DNA of 64,000 bases from Candidatus Gottesmanbacteria bacterium (GTDB lineage: Bacteria > Patescibacteriota > Microgenomatia > 2-02-FULL-39-11). This document shows, piece by piece, positions 38,781 through 48,429 of this stretch. Location of the stretch: assembly GCA_016195685.1 (NCBI GenBank), contig JACPZE010000020.1, forward strand, positions 21,725-85,724. Direction: 5' to 3'. The notes beneath the pieces were generated by a model. The model worked only from the letters and a program-made list of their open reading frames with translations, did no database searches and was not told the origin of the DNA. Numbering within the stretch: the stretch's first letter is position 1; every line of letters starts with the position of its first letter. The position numbers and the translations under genes were made by a program.

Positions 38781-39992
38781 ATGAAGAAGATATGGTATTG
38801 GATATTTGTCTTATTCATACTTTTAAGATTAGGTTTTCATTCTACTTTTGCTGCACCCAGTTGTCCCACTGATGATCCATGCAAAGATAAGAATAGCCCC
38901 TATGATAAAGTTTCCTGCTACACCGATGTAGTAAATACTTGTTCATCTCAGCGAGAAAGTATGACTGCCCAAGTGGTGTATCTGACTACAAAAATATCCT
39001 TGACCAATGCCAAGATTGAATCCGCCAAAGAAAAGGTAATAGCTTTACAAAACGAAATAGAAGAGTTGACTGGTAAGATCGATGGATTGGAAAAATCCTT
39101 AACCAATATCACAGGGCTTTTTATAAATAGAATTGTCGCCACTTATAAAAATGGCTCACCTTCTTATTTGGATTTACTTCTGACAAGCCGAAAATTTTCT
39201 GATTTTTTCGGCCGCTTTAAATATATCCAAACTATACAGGCACACGATAGGAAACTTCTTTTTCAACTACAAAACAGTAAGGTTAATTTTGAGGATCAAA
39301 AACAATTGCGTGAACAAAAAAGAAAAGAATTGGCTGATTTGCAAAAACAGTTGGAGAAAGAACAATCTACTCTGGCAATACAAAAACGAGATAAAGAAGT
39401 ATTCTTGGAAATTACTAGAAATAGTGAATCTATTTATAGACAGAATTTGACTGCTGCTCAACGTGAGGCACAAAACATACAACAGGCAGCCTCAATTTTA
39501 TCAACTGCCGGAGTGGCAAAACACATGAATAAGGGAGAAACAATTGGGGTGATGGGTAATACCGGATTTTCTACAGGCCCTCATCTGCATTTCGGTGTAT
39601 ACAATTTGCGTGAATCTGATTTAAATAAATTTAATTTTGAGGGTGGTTATGAAAATCCATTTAACGATTTGTCTTCCCGTTCATTGCCATTTAATGCAAA
39701 TTCATGCGATGACGTGAATGGTAGTCAGACAAAATCTATTGGCAGTGGCTCTTGGGATTGGCCAATGTCTTCGCCAACAATCACACAATGCTTCGGTCAC
39801 ACTCCATTTTCTGCAGCATATTACAAATCAGGAATTCATAGTGGAGTAGATATGTATGATGATGCCAATCCTCTTATAAAAGCAGTTGACAGCGGTAATG
39901 CATATGTTTATCGAGGAGGCCAATCTGCAGGAAACGGAGTTTTTATATTTCATGATAACGGAAAGATGACGTTATACTGGCATCTGCAATAA
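38781..39992 (+). CDS. M23 peptidase with N-terminal coiled coil (EnvC-like, catalytic residues intact)
   Basis: Signal peptide and a long coiled-coil region. The LytM domain carries GNTGFSTGPHLHFGVY (HxH present). Sits immediately downstream of ftsEX. Confidence 0.82.
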   Translation: MKKIWYWIFVLFILLRLGFHSTFAAPSCPTDDPCKDKNSPYDKVSCYTDVVNTCSSQRESMTAQVVYLTTKISLTNAKIESAKEKVIALQNEIEELTGKIDGLEKSLTNITGLFINRIVATYKNGSPSYLDLLLTSRKFSDFFGRFKYIQTIQAHDRKLLFQLQNSKVNFEDQKQLREQKRKELADLQKQLEKEQSTLAIQKRDKEVFLEITRNSESIYRQNLTAAQREAQNIQQAASILSTAGVAKHMNKGETIGVMGNTGFSTGPHLHFGVYNLRESDLNKFNFEGGYENPFNDLSSRSLPFNANSCDDVNGSQTKSIGSGSWDWPMSSPTITQCFGHTPFSAAYYKSGIHSGVDMYDDANPLIKAVDSGNAYVYRGGQSAGNGVFIFHDNGKMTLYWHLQ

Positions 39993-40000
39993 AAGTTAAA

Positions 40001-40879
40001 ATGCAAAATGCAAAATTGCAACGCAAAGTTAAAAAGTTATTAGTATTTTTTTGTATAATCTGTTTATTACTTAATTCTAGTCAATCAGTATTTGCAAAGA
40101 TTGAAGTCAACAATTATCCATCCAAAATTGAAATAAATAAAGAATTTGAAATAGATGTAGTTTTAAGTAATCTTACAGACCCTACGCACTTTTTGAGTAT
40201 TGCCCTCCATAAAAATTCCGGCGATCCATATTTTGGACAGACACAAAAGGGAGATAATTGGATTGAGGCTGATGATAGTAATTGCAAAAGTTTTCCAGGT
40301 GTAACCATTTCCGAAGGTTCTTGGAGCGGAAAATTAAAAGGCAAGATTAATTACAATGAAAAAGATTTTGATAATAGTTTGGGAAATTATATTTTAAAAG
40401 TTTTTAAATATACAGATTCCTGCAATAAATCTGACTCAAATGATTTGACGGTTGAATTATTTGACTCAAATCCTCCGCTTACTGCCACTCCGGTTCCTAC
40501 AAATACACCCGGTCCTACTTCTGTCCCTACTTCTACTCCTACAAATACTTCTGTACCGACGGCTAACTCTAAATCCCAAAATTCACCAACGGTTTATATG
40601 TCGCCAACTATAAAGCAGACTGTACCAACAATTACATATATAAAATCAAATAATAATTTAGTCGCTTCAGAAAATGCGTCATCGGGTGCATTTTTAGGAG
40701 AAACTTCTGACCCGACAGTCACTGTAGAAGAAGAGAAACATAGTTCAGCCGCATCATCTGCCAAAAATTCATTCCCAATATTTGCATTTCTTATTGGAAG
40801 CGGAGTCGTATTGATAGGGACAGCCGCAGTATTAAGCGCAAGACAGATCAAAAATAACCAAAAAGAAAATAAATCTTAA
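40001..40879 (+). CDS. secreted surface protein with Thr/Pro-rich linker and C-terminal TM anchor
   Basis: Signal peptide. PT-rich segment (PVPTNTPGPTSVPTSTPTNTSVPT). C-terminal hydrophobic helix plus a basic tail, with no LPXTG. Confidence 0.5.
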   Translation: MQNAKLQRKVKKLLVFFCIICLLLNSSQSVFAKIEVNNYPSKIEINKEFEIDVVLSNLTDPTHFLSIALHKNSGDPYFGQTQKGDNWIEADDSNCKSFPGVTISEGSWSGKLKGKINYNEKDFDNSLGNYILKVFKYTDSCNKSDSNDLTVELFDSNPPLTATPVPTNTPGPTSVPTSTPTNTSVPTANSKSQNSPTVYMSPTIKQTVPTITYIKSNNNLVASENASSGAFLGETSDPTVTVEEEKHSSAASSAKNSFPIFAFLIGSGVVLIGTAAVLSARQIKNNQKENKS

Positions 40880-41349
40880 ACCTTCTTCTGCATAAATTTC
40901 TTAAATGGCCCAAATCCATATTTCTCCCAAGCAGTTTTTCCTGTAATATTTTTTTCCTCGACATAAAGCTCAATATAAGAAATATTTTTAGTTTTAAACC
41001 ATTCTCTTGCAGCATTTTCCAATAATTTACCGATGCCAAGTTTCCTGAAATCATCTTCAATAATCATATATGAAATATGGCCTACTGATTTTGTCTTAAA
41101 CCACGGGTAAAGATATTTTATAAATCCGCTGATGAATCCGACTATATTTCCGTTGGCTGGATCTTGAGCAATGATGATAAATTGATATGGATGATTTAAC
41201 TGATCCTTCACCCATAACCCAAATAATTCATCAAAATTTTCTTCCAGCTGGTAATAGTCAAAATCAAACTGAGTATGCAGATCGAGTAATTTTCTACCTA
41301 ATTTGACGATTGGTTGTATATCTTCTACATTGGCGTGTCTTACATGCAT
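40876..41349 (-). CDS. GNAT family N-acetyltransferase
   Basis: Acetyl-CoA binding motif RKLGIGKLL in a 157-aa protein. Confidence 0.72.
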   Translation of the reverse strand: MHVRHANVEDIQPIVKLGRKLLDLHTQFDFDYYQLEENFDELFGLWVKDQLNHPYQFIIIAQDPANGNIVGFISGFIKYLYPWFKTKSVGHISYMIIEDDFRKLGIGKLLENAAREWFKTKNISYIELYVEEKNITGKTAWEKYGFGPFKKFMQKKV

Positions 41350-41495
41350 GATTTTTGATTATACAATATAATATGATACAAATTTCTAATTGCTAATTCT
41401 TAATTTCTAATGAATGTTTAAATGTTTAAATATTTAAAAATTAATTAATTCAAAATTGATTAAAAATTTGAAATTAAAAATTTAAAATTCTAACT

Positions 41496-41936
41496 ATGAG
41501 AAATATTTATATCACAAATAGTCCAGATAAGACAAAGAAATTAGCTAAAGAGATTGTTTCTCAATTTTCTGGTGGGGAAGTGGTTTGTCTATATGGTGAT
41601 CTGGGCGCTGGTAAAACTGCTTTTGTACAGGGAATGATCGACTATTTTATACCCGGGAAAAGAGTTTTGTCCCCTACTTTTATCATTGTGCGACATTATC
41701 GGATAAATCATAAATTGATTGATAAATTTCTTCATGTTGATTTGTATAGACTGCAGGATATAAAAGAAATTAGAAAGCTGGAATTTTTTGAATCCATACA
41801 GAAATCGGATTCCATAGTTGCAATTGAATGGGCCGAAAAATTAGAGAATTTAATCCCTAAGCCGAGGATAGATATACATATCAAAAATTTAGACAAGGAT
41901 AGAAGAGAGATAAAAATAAAATATGTCAAATCTTAA
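41496..41936 (+). CDS. tsaE: tRNA t6A biosynthesis ATPase TsaE
   Basis: P-loop GDLGAGKTAFVQG. Small size, and located in a tsa gene cluster. Confidence 0.82.
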   Translation: MRNIYITNSPDKTKKLAKEIVSQFSGGEVVCLYGDLGAGKTAFVQGMIDYFIPGKRVLSPTFIIVRHYRINHKLIDKFLHVDLYRLQDIKEIRKLEFFESIQKSDSIVAIEWAEKLENLIPKPRIDIHIKNLDKDRREIKIKYVKS

Positions 41937-42513
41937 CAAGGCTTCAAATTTATTAAAAGCAGGTGGGATAGTGATTTATCCTACTGATACAGCATTTGGA
42001 ATAGGATGCAGGATAGATCGTGAAAAAAGTATAGAAAAACTTTTCAAAATAAGGAAAAGACCACAAACTCAGGCAACACCTGTATTAGTAAACTCCATAA
42101 AGATGGCTGAAAACTATTTCCAGTCCCCTATTCCAGATAATGTGCGACATATGATGAAAGACTTTTGGCCAGGGGCGTTGACAATTATATATAAATGTAA
42201 AGAAGATCTTATCCCCCCACTGGTTCGTGGCGGTGGCAATACAATTGGACTAAGGATGCCAAACCATAAAATAACATTGAATCTTATAAACACTGTTGGT
42301 GTACCAATTCTTGGGCCATCAGCCAATTTCCATGGTGATCCTACTCCCTATGACTTTGATAGTTTAAACAAAGAATTATCAAGTTTGGCAGATTATGTTG
42401 TACGAGGAGTTTGTTTAGAAAGCAGAGCATCTACAGTGATTGACACAAGCGTAGTTCCTTTTAAAATAATTAGGCAAGGACCGTTAGTAATACCTGAAAA
42501 GTATATAAAATGA
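41923..42513 (+). CDS. tsaC: L-threonylcarbamoyladenylate synthase (YrdC/Sua5 family)
   Basis: YrdC signature GGIVIYPTDTAFGIGC. Confidence 0.82.
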   Translation: MSNLNKASNLLKAGGIVIYPTDTAFGIGCRIDREKSIEKLFKIRKRPQTQATPVLVNSIKMAENYFQSPIPDNVRHMMKDFWPGALTIIYKCKEDLIPPLVRGGGNTIGLRMPNHKITLNLINTVGVPILGPSANFHGDPTPYDFDSLNKELSSLADYVVRGVCLESRASTVIDTSVVPFKIIRQGPLVIPEKYIK

Positions 42514-42827
42514 AAAAAAGCCCAGTAATTTTATCCATCGATACAAGTGACAGCAAAAAAGTGAAACTTACACTTTTATTAAAAGGTAGTCAGTTTTCGA
42601 AAATTACAGAGAATAATTGGATATCTCAAAGTTTACTTCCGGCCATAGAGGCATTACTTTCTGAAAATAATATAAAAATTACCGATCTGACAGAAATCAC
42701 AGTACATACAGGCCCGGGCTCTTATACGGGACTGCGTGTGGGGATATCTGTAGCCAATACTCTCTCATATTTACTCAAAATACCTATAAATGGAAAGAAG
42801 GATCGGCTTGTCATACCGGACTATTGA
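42510..42827 (+). CDS. tsaB: TsaB/YeaZ-like protein, N-terminal half only
   Basis: HTGPGSYTGLRVGISVANTLSY matches the YeaZ motif. At 105 aa it is roughly half the usual length. Confidence 0.6.
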   Translation: MKKSPVILSIDTSDSKKVKLTLLLKGSQFSKITENNWISQSLLPAIEALLSENNIKITDLTEITVHTGPGSYTGLRVGISVANTLSYLLKIPINGKKDRLVIPDY

Positions 42828-42880
42828 AATCTAAATTTATTTGACAGCTAAGCGTGGTTGTACTATAGTTACAACCGGTT

Positions 42881-44302
42881 ATGACCATGACAAATATTCT
42901 GCCCAAAAAGTTTTTCCTTGCTATATTTTTCCTCATTTCCTCATTTTTCCTATTTGTTTTTCCATCTTTTGCCCAGGAATACAAACCGGATGAGGTGGTA
43001 GTAAAAATGCGTCCTTCCAATTCTTTGGAAGAACGACTGAAATTTCACCATGAAATCGGTGCCCAACAGACTTTTCAGATAGAAAATTTAGGTGTAGATA
43101 TTTTGCATTTTGAAGGTATTCCAATAGAGCGAATTTTGGAAAGACTCAAATCTGACCCCCGGATTTTGTACGCTGAACCAAACTACAAAGCTACAGCCTT
43201 TGACATGACTAATGACCCAGCCCTTCTACAAAATCTGCAGTGGGGTTTACTTAAAGTACAAGCTGCTGCCAATACTGATAGCGCTTGGACTATCAGTAGA
43301 GGTCGATCATCAATTCAAGTGGCTGTTTTAGATACTGGAATCGATTCAAATCACCAAGATCTACAGGGCAAAGTTAGTGCATCAAAAAATTGTACTGATA
43401 GCAATACCGTCGATGATCGTTATGGTCATGGTACTCACGTATCAGGCATTATTTCTGCCGATACTAACAACGGAATCGGAGTAGCTGGTGTCGGATATAA
43501 TATTTCTCTTATCAATGCAAAGGGATTAGGAGATGATGGATCGGGGTATTATTCATGGCTTGCAGATTGTCTAGTATGGGCTACGGATAATGGAGCAAAG
43601 GTAATCAATATGAGTTTGGGTGGATCATCCGACTCGCAATTATTATCAGATGCTATAAATTATGCATGGAATAAAGGAGTGGTTCTGGTAGCTGCCGCAG
43701 GAAATTCCGGGAGTAACTCTCCTTCTTATCCTGGTTATTATTCCAATGTAATCTCGGTAGCAGCAACAGATCAAAATGACGCAAAGGCCTCTTTTTCAAA
43801 CTACGGGAATTGGGTAAAAGTGGCCGCTCCTGGAGTAGGTATTTATTCGACTTTGCCAGATACTCCCAATGCTTTCAAACAAACAACTTACGGATATGGT
43901 TCTGGTACTTCTATGGCGACACCTTTCGTATCTGGACTTGCTGGTCTTATTTTTAGTTTAGGTAATTTTGACAATACGACTGTGGTAAATTATATCCAGA
44001 ATAATGCCGACAAAATTCCCGGTACGGGGTCAAATTGGGTATATGGGAGGATCAATGCTTACCAAAGCTTGTTAGCTGCCAGAGGAACAGGGAACGTTAG
44101 ACCGAGTATATCACCTACACCTACTAATACACCAACTCCTATTCCTACTTCTACCCCCACACCGAAACCGACTTCAACTCCTACACCTACTCCCACTCCA
44201 ACGACTGCATCTATACCTGTTTCTCCCAAAGCGCCTACTCCTCCTCCAGTACCACCATGGTTAGCGAGACTTTGCAGCAGGTTGCCTATCCTTTGTCACT
44301 AA
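42881..44302 (+). CDS. secreted subtilisin-like serine protease (S8) with Pro/Thr-rich C-terminal tail
   Basis: Signal peptide. Catalytic triad motifs DTGID, HGTHVSG and GTSMATP. The C-terminal PT repeats end in WLARLCSRLPILCH. Confidence 0.85.
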   Translation: MTMTNILPKKFFLAIFFLISSFFLFVFPSFAQEYKPDEVVVKMRPSNSLEERLKFHHEIGAQQTFQIENLGVDILHFEGIPIERILERLKSDPRILYAEPNYKATAFDMTNDPALLQNLQWGLLKVQAAANTDSAWTISRGRSSIQVAVLDTGIDSNHQDLQGKVSASKNCTDSNTVDDRYGHGTHVSGIISADTNNGIGVAGVGYNISLINAKGLGDDGSGYYSWLADCLVWATDNGAKVINMSLGGSSDSQLLSDAINYAWNKGVVLVAAAGNSGSNSPSYPGYYSNVISVAATDQNDAKASFSNYGNWVKVAAPGVGIYSTLPDTPNAFKQTTYGYGSGTSMATPFVSGLAGLIFSLGNFDNTTVVNYIQNNADKIPGTGSNWVYGRINAYQSLLAARGTGNVRPSISPTPTNTPTPIPTSTPTPKPTSTPTPTPTPTTASIPVSPKAPTPPPVPPWLARLCSRLPILCH

Positions 44303-45802
44303 ATTTGGGGGATTTTTTATTCTGACAAATATAGAAGCTCGTGTGTCGCTGTAGACTATTTTCCATTTACCCATCTTTACTAATTCCATGAGTCTACGGT
44401 GGATAGGTTTGGCTGTAGTCATGAATACTACATTATAATCAGACTGGTCGATATCTTTTCTGTTTTGTTCAAATGGATAATAGTCTATAAAAGCACTATA
44501 ACCGGAACTATCTCTCCAAAGATGCATCCGTCCGTCAATACTGGGTTTTATTTCGGGGTAATTGGCGATGAGCCATCCCCCCCAATTGTAAAAAGTCATA
44601 AGTTTACCGGTGTATTTATAATTTTTCAGAAATTCTGCAGCTTGTGGTGAACATCCGATGAAATCACAGTATCTATTCCAATCTACGGCAGTTACATTTT
44701 CCGTAGGGGCTTTGGCAAATATAATATACCCGTAAAAAAACACCAAAACCAAGACACATATAGTAGCAGATATTTCAGAAAGCTTTGGTTTTATAGAAGA
44801 TATGAAAACTCTGACAACAGGGATAGATATCAAAAGCAAAACCCAGGTATATCTTCTTACTTGTATCGAGAGGATAAGAAGCAAAATTACAGGAATAATG
44901 TAATGGATATTCTTGAAGAAATTTTTCCGAAGGATAAATATCCCCAGGCTTAATATCACTAAAGCTTCCCAAAACATAAGGTTCCACCAAAGTGCGGAAA
45001 ATCTGTCAAAAGGCAGCCATTCGATGATAAATTGTTGTAGAGGATTGCCGAAATGTCGCAATGATTCTATATATATGTGTAGTCCGAAAGGGTTTATTAG
45101 TGTTGAGGTTAAGGATGAGAAAAATATCAAGCTCAAATATTTTCCTTCTCCCAAGACTTTCTTTCTTTCATCGCCGATTGAAGTTAAATAATATTTTTGC
45201 AATATATAAAATACCAACATTAAAAAGAGTATGCCCAATCCCAAGATAAACTGTCCGTGGAAATTAGACCACAGCAAAAAAAGAGGGAGAAAACACCATG
45301 CATATTTTTTCTTGCCCGCAATATATCTACTCAAAATATAATAAAGCATGGCAAAAGCAAGTAAAGTCAACTGTTGTCCACGGAACGAGACTTCTATAAA
45401 AGGTGATTCAAGGTAAAGAAGAATGGGGAATAATATTGTTTTTTCCCAAAATGTCAGGTGGGCTGCTTTAGAAAAAAAATAAAAAGTAAAAGTCATCACT
45501 AATGCACCTAATATAGATATTCCAAGAAAACTGAAGTTATGGAAAACAAGATATGTGAGAAGGTCAGTCGCCCATGAACTATTTATCCAATGGAAGCCAG
45601 CCATCATGGTAGAGAAAATATTCTCGCGGAGAACTGCGTGATGTTGGAAAAAATACTCCCCGTACTTGATATGCCAGCCCATATCTGAATCGTAAGGAAC
45701 ATACAGAGAATATGTGAAAACGATAACCAAAGGAAAAAACCGGATAAAAATATCTTTAAGAGTCTTCATTTTAATGGTGATGATTATACCATAAGGCGAC
45801 AA
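44261..45802 (-). CDS. polytopic membrane protein (GT-C-like candidate)
   Basis: At least 12 TM helices with a C-terminal soluble domain. Convergent with the S8 gene, overlapping by 42 bp. Confidence 0.45.
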   Translation of the reverse strand: MSPYGIIITIKMKTLKDIFIRFFPLVIVFTYSLYVPYDSDMGWHIKYGEYFFQHHAVLRENIFSTMMAGFHWINSSWATDLLTYLVFHNFSFLGISILGALVMTFTFYFFSKAAHLTFWEKTILFPILLYLESPFIEVSFRGQQLTLLAFAMLYYILSRYIAGKKKYAWCFLPLFLLWSNFHGQFILGLGILFLMLVFYILQKYYLTSIGDERKKVLGEGKYLSLIFFSSLTSTLINPFGLHIYIESLRHFGNPLQQFIIEWLPFDRFSALWWNLMFWEALVILSLGIFILRKNFFKNIHYIIPVILLLILSIQVRRYTWVLLLISIPVVRVFISSIKPKLSEISATICVLVLVFFYGYIIFAKAPTENVTAVDWNRYCDFIGCSPQAAEFLKNYKYTGKLMTFYNWGGWLIANYPEIKPSIDGRMHLWRDSSGYSAFIDYYPFEQNRKDIDQSDYNVVFMTTAKPIHRRLMELVKMGKWKIVYSDTRASIFVRIKNPPNLVTKDRQPAAKSR

Positions 45803-46144
45803 TACAATCTAAAGTTATTTTCGTGAAAATGCCACTTGACAAGCGTGAAAAAAATGTTTTACATTGGATATAGAGTTTGCCTGCCGCAAACGGAAGCAAT
45901 CCTGAGTTTTTACGAAGGGTTGCTTATTATTTTTGATAAAGTTTAGCACCTGCCCGGTGTAAATTTCTAGTACAAATTTAGTTAGATTACTGCCATTATG
46001 TATTGTTGTCTGCCCTCTGCCCAAGGACACACTCGAACCTCGATCCGCGAGTAACGGAACGGGGTGAGAGTGTTTTTTTGGACAGAAATTATTCTACAAG
46101 TCCCGGCGTAAAGTCGGGATGAGGAAGGGAGGTGAAATGAAATT

Positions 46145-46729
46145 ATGATAAAGAAAATTTTAACAGCATCTTTAGGATTGGGTATGGTTTTGGCTACAGT
46201 TGTTCCTGCTTTTGCAGCAATTAACATTTTCAATACCGGTCCAGGATCAAACGTGGACGCCAGATCTGACCGAGTGAAAAATCTTATATTGAATCTGACT
46301 AATAACTATACGCTCAATCACAAGTTGACTGTCAATCAGACAACCGGTAATAATAGCGCAAGCTTTAACACTGGTTCTGGACTTGCAGCTGCCGGCAATC
46401 AGACTGGAAATCATACCTCAGCGGTTGAGGCAAATTCAGTCAATTTGGATATTAACGCGACTGGTTCGTGCAATTGTGATAATAATATAACCATCAACAC
46501 CACAGGGCCGGGTTCCAATACGACTGCATCTATCAACTCAACAACAAATGTGACCCTGAATTTAACCAACAATGGTACAGTGAACAATACAGTCAAGTCT
46601 ATCGTGAATACCGGTGGTAATAGTGCCAATAATAACACTGGTAATGGTACTGCTCTCGGTGGTGATTCAAATGTGTGGACTTTAGTGACAACCAAACTTA
46701 ATTCAGTCTGGCTTAAATTAGTTATGTAA
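46145..46729 (+). CDS. secreted N-x-S/T sequon-rich repeat protein, short paralog
   Basis: Signal peptide, then two copies of the TGPGSN...NSA.NNTG.G repeat also seen in the 52443 and 53772 proteins. AGGGAGGTGA ribosome-binding site. Confidence 0.6.
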   Translation: MIKKILTASLGLGMVLATVVPAFAAINIFNTGPGSNVDARSDRVKNLILNLTNNYTLNHKLTVNQTTGNNSASFNTGSGLAAAGNQTGNHTSAVEANSVNLDINATGSCNCDNNITINTTGPGSNTTASINSTTNVTLNLTNNGTVNNTVKSIVNTGGNSANNNTGNGTALGGDSNVWTLVTTKLNSVWLKLVM

Positions 46730-46829
46730 AGTCAGTTTTTGTATTTACATCAGGGCCCCGCCTCCGGCGGGGCTCTTTTGTGGGAATCATCTTGCATCCT
46801 GATATGTTTTGATATAGAATTCGCGAAAC

Positions 46830-48398
46830 ATGATACAGAAAATTAAAAAATGGTTTTCTACGGAAAATCTTATTATTGCTGCAGTGATATTTGTAGCAAT
46901 TTTCTTCACCAAATTCCCCACTCTATATCATTGGTTAAATACGCCGAAAGGTTATTGGTATCCTAAAAATACTTCCTGGTTTGATGCATGGGATATAAAC
47001 GTATATGTTTCTTATATAAGGTACGGCCAGAAAGCTGGAGTATTTTTGGAAAATACGTATACCACGGTTCCTCATCCCAAAGAATTTATTTATCAATACT
47101 ATACTTTCCTTGGAGTATTCAACAGGTTTTTACATTTAGATCCTTTTGTACTTTTCCATCTTGCTTCCATTGCGACTTCTATAGTTCTTATCTTGGTTAC
47201 ATATTATGTCATTAAGATATTTATTGAAGACAATACTCTTCGGATAGCTGCTTTTATTATCTCTATATTAGGCGGGGGTTTTGGATGGATATCATATCTA
47301 CAGGGAGCAGACATATGGAATGCGGGATTTACTACGGTCAATGCATTTGAGCGCGGACATGACGCTCTCGGCACGGTGTTTTTACTCTTATCGATGGTAA
47401 ATATATATCTTTTTACGGCTACGAGGTCTACTAAATATCTTCTTTACGGTATTTTCTCTAGTCTAGGCAGTATTGCCATCAATCCTACATTTATAATACT
47501 TTACCTTCCTGTCTCTTTGGCAGCCACGTTTTCGGCCGAAAATAATAAACAAAGAATGAAAAGCCTAATATACCCAATTTCATTAGCGGTGATGTTTTCC
47601 ATTTATTATCTTTTATTTCTGGCCCATCTAAGTACAAATCCAGGTTTTGCAAATATTGGCCAAACAAATCTAGGAATAATCAATTCATTTAGCTTAATTT
47701 CTGGTTTTGGTTTTTTATCTATATTTTTGATGTGGACACTTATGTCCAATTATAAAAATAATAATAAGATTATTTTTGTAAATTTTTTTTTCTTAAGCCA
47801 ATTATTTTTTGTATATTTTCCGGTTGATTTCAATCTTTATTTTATAAAGGGATTATATTTATGGGGAGTAATTTTAGCTTCATATGGTTTAAATACTCTT
47901 ATAACAAATAAAAAAATTCTGAATGTAACTTCCACGGTTCTGGTACTTACAGCTATCCTGACGAGAGTGTATATATTCAATAGTTTGATGAATGCGGAAA
48001 CTCAAAATCCCTTTTTCTATTTGACTAAACCTGAAGGTGAAGCCATATCGTATATGGCAAAGTTGCCATCCGATAAGGCGGTACTTAGTCTATATAGAGT
48101 AGGTAACTATATCCCGGCCCATACTGACAATATAGTTTACTATGGTCATAAACACCAAACACCAAATGGAGAGACTACACTTAGGATGTCTCAACTTTTT
48201 TATACTTCTTTAAATGAGGAACAGCAAAGGAAATTTTTGTCGGATAATCATATAGATTATATTTATTACGGTATAGAAGAAGCTCAACTACGGAAAAATA
48301 ACAAATTGGAAATATCAACCCCTTTTCCATATTTTCCTATAGTATTTAGTAATGACTCGGTTATCGTCTTTGGAACAGGAAAAAGTGAGATTAAATAA
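46830..48398 (+). CDS. polytopic membrane protein, tandem paralog A (GT-C-like candidate)
   Basis: N-terminal KFPTLYHWLNTPKGYWYP...WFDAWD, then many TM helices. The C-terminal soluble domain matches the neighbouring paralog. Confidence 0.5.
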   Translation: MIQKIKKWFSTENLIIAAVIFVAIFFTKFPTLYHWLNTPKGYWYPKNTSWFDAWDINVYVSYIRYGQKAGVFLENTYTTVPHPKEFIYQYYTFLGVFNRFLHLDPFVLFHLASIATSIVLILVTYYVIKIFIEDNTLRIAAFIISILGGGFGWISYLQGADIWNAGFTTVNAFERGHDALGTVFLLLSMVNIYLFTATRSTKYLLYGIFSSLGSIAINPTFIILYLPVSLAATFSAENNKQRMKSLIYPISLAVMFSIYYLLFLAHLSTNPGFANIGQTNLGIINSFSLISGFGFLSIFLMWTLMSNYKNNNKIIFVNFFFLSQLFFVYFPVDFNLYFIKGLYLWGVILASYGLNTLITNKKILNVTSTVLVLTAILTRVYIFNSLMNAETQNPFFYLTKPEGEAISYMAKLPSDKAVLSLYRVGNYIPAHTDNIVYYGHKHQTPNGETTLRMSQLFYTSLNEEQQRKFLSDNHIDYIYYGIEEAQLRKNNKLEISTPFPYFPIVFSNDSVIVFGTGKSEIK

Positions 48399-48429
48399 TC
48401 CGCCAAGGCGAGATTTACAATTTAAAACT

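Noticed and set aside
41350-41495. AT-rich low-complexity tract with TTTAAAT and AAATTTAAAA reiterations
   Set aside because: It lies in the divergent promoter region between the GNAT gene and tsaE. It looks like ordinary AT-rich promoter DNA rather than a structured repeat element.
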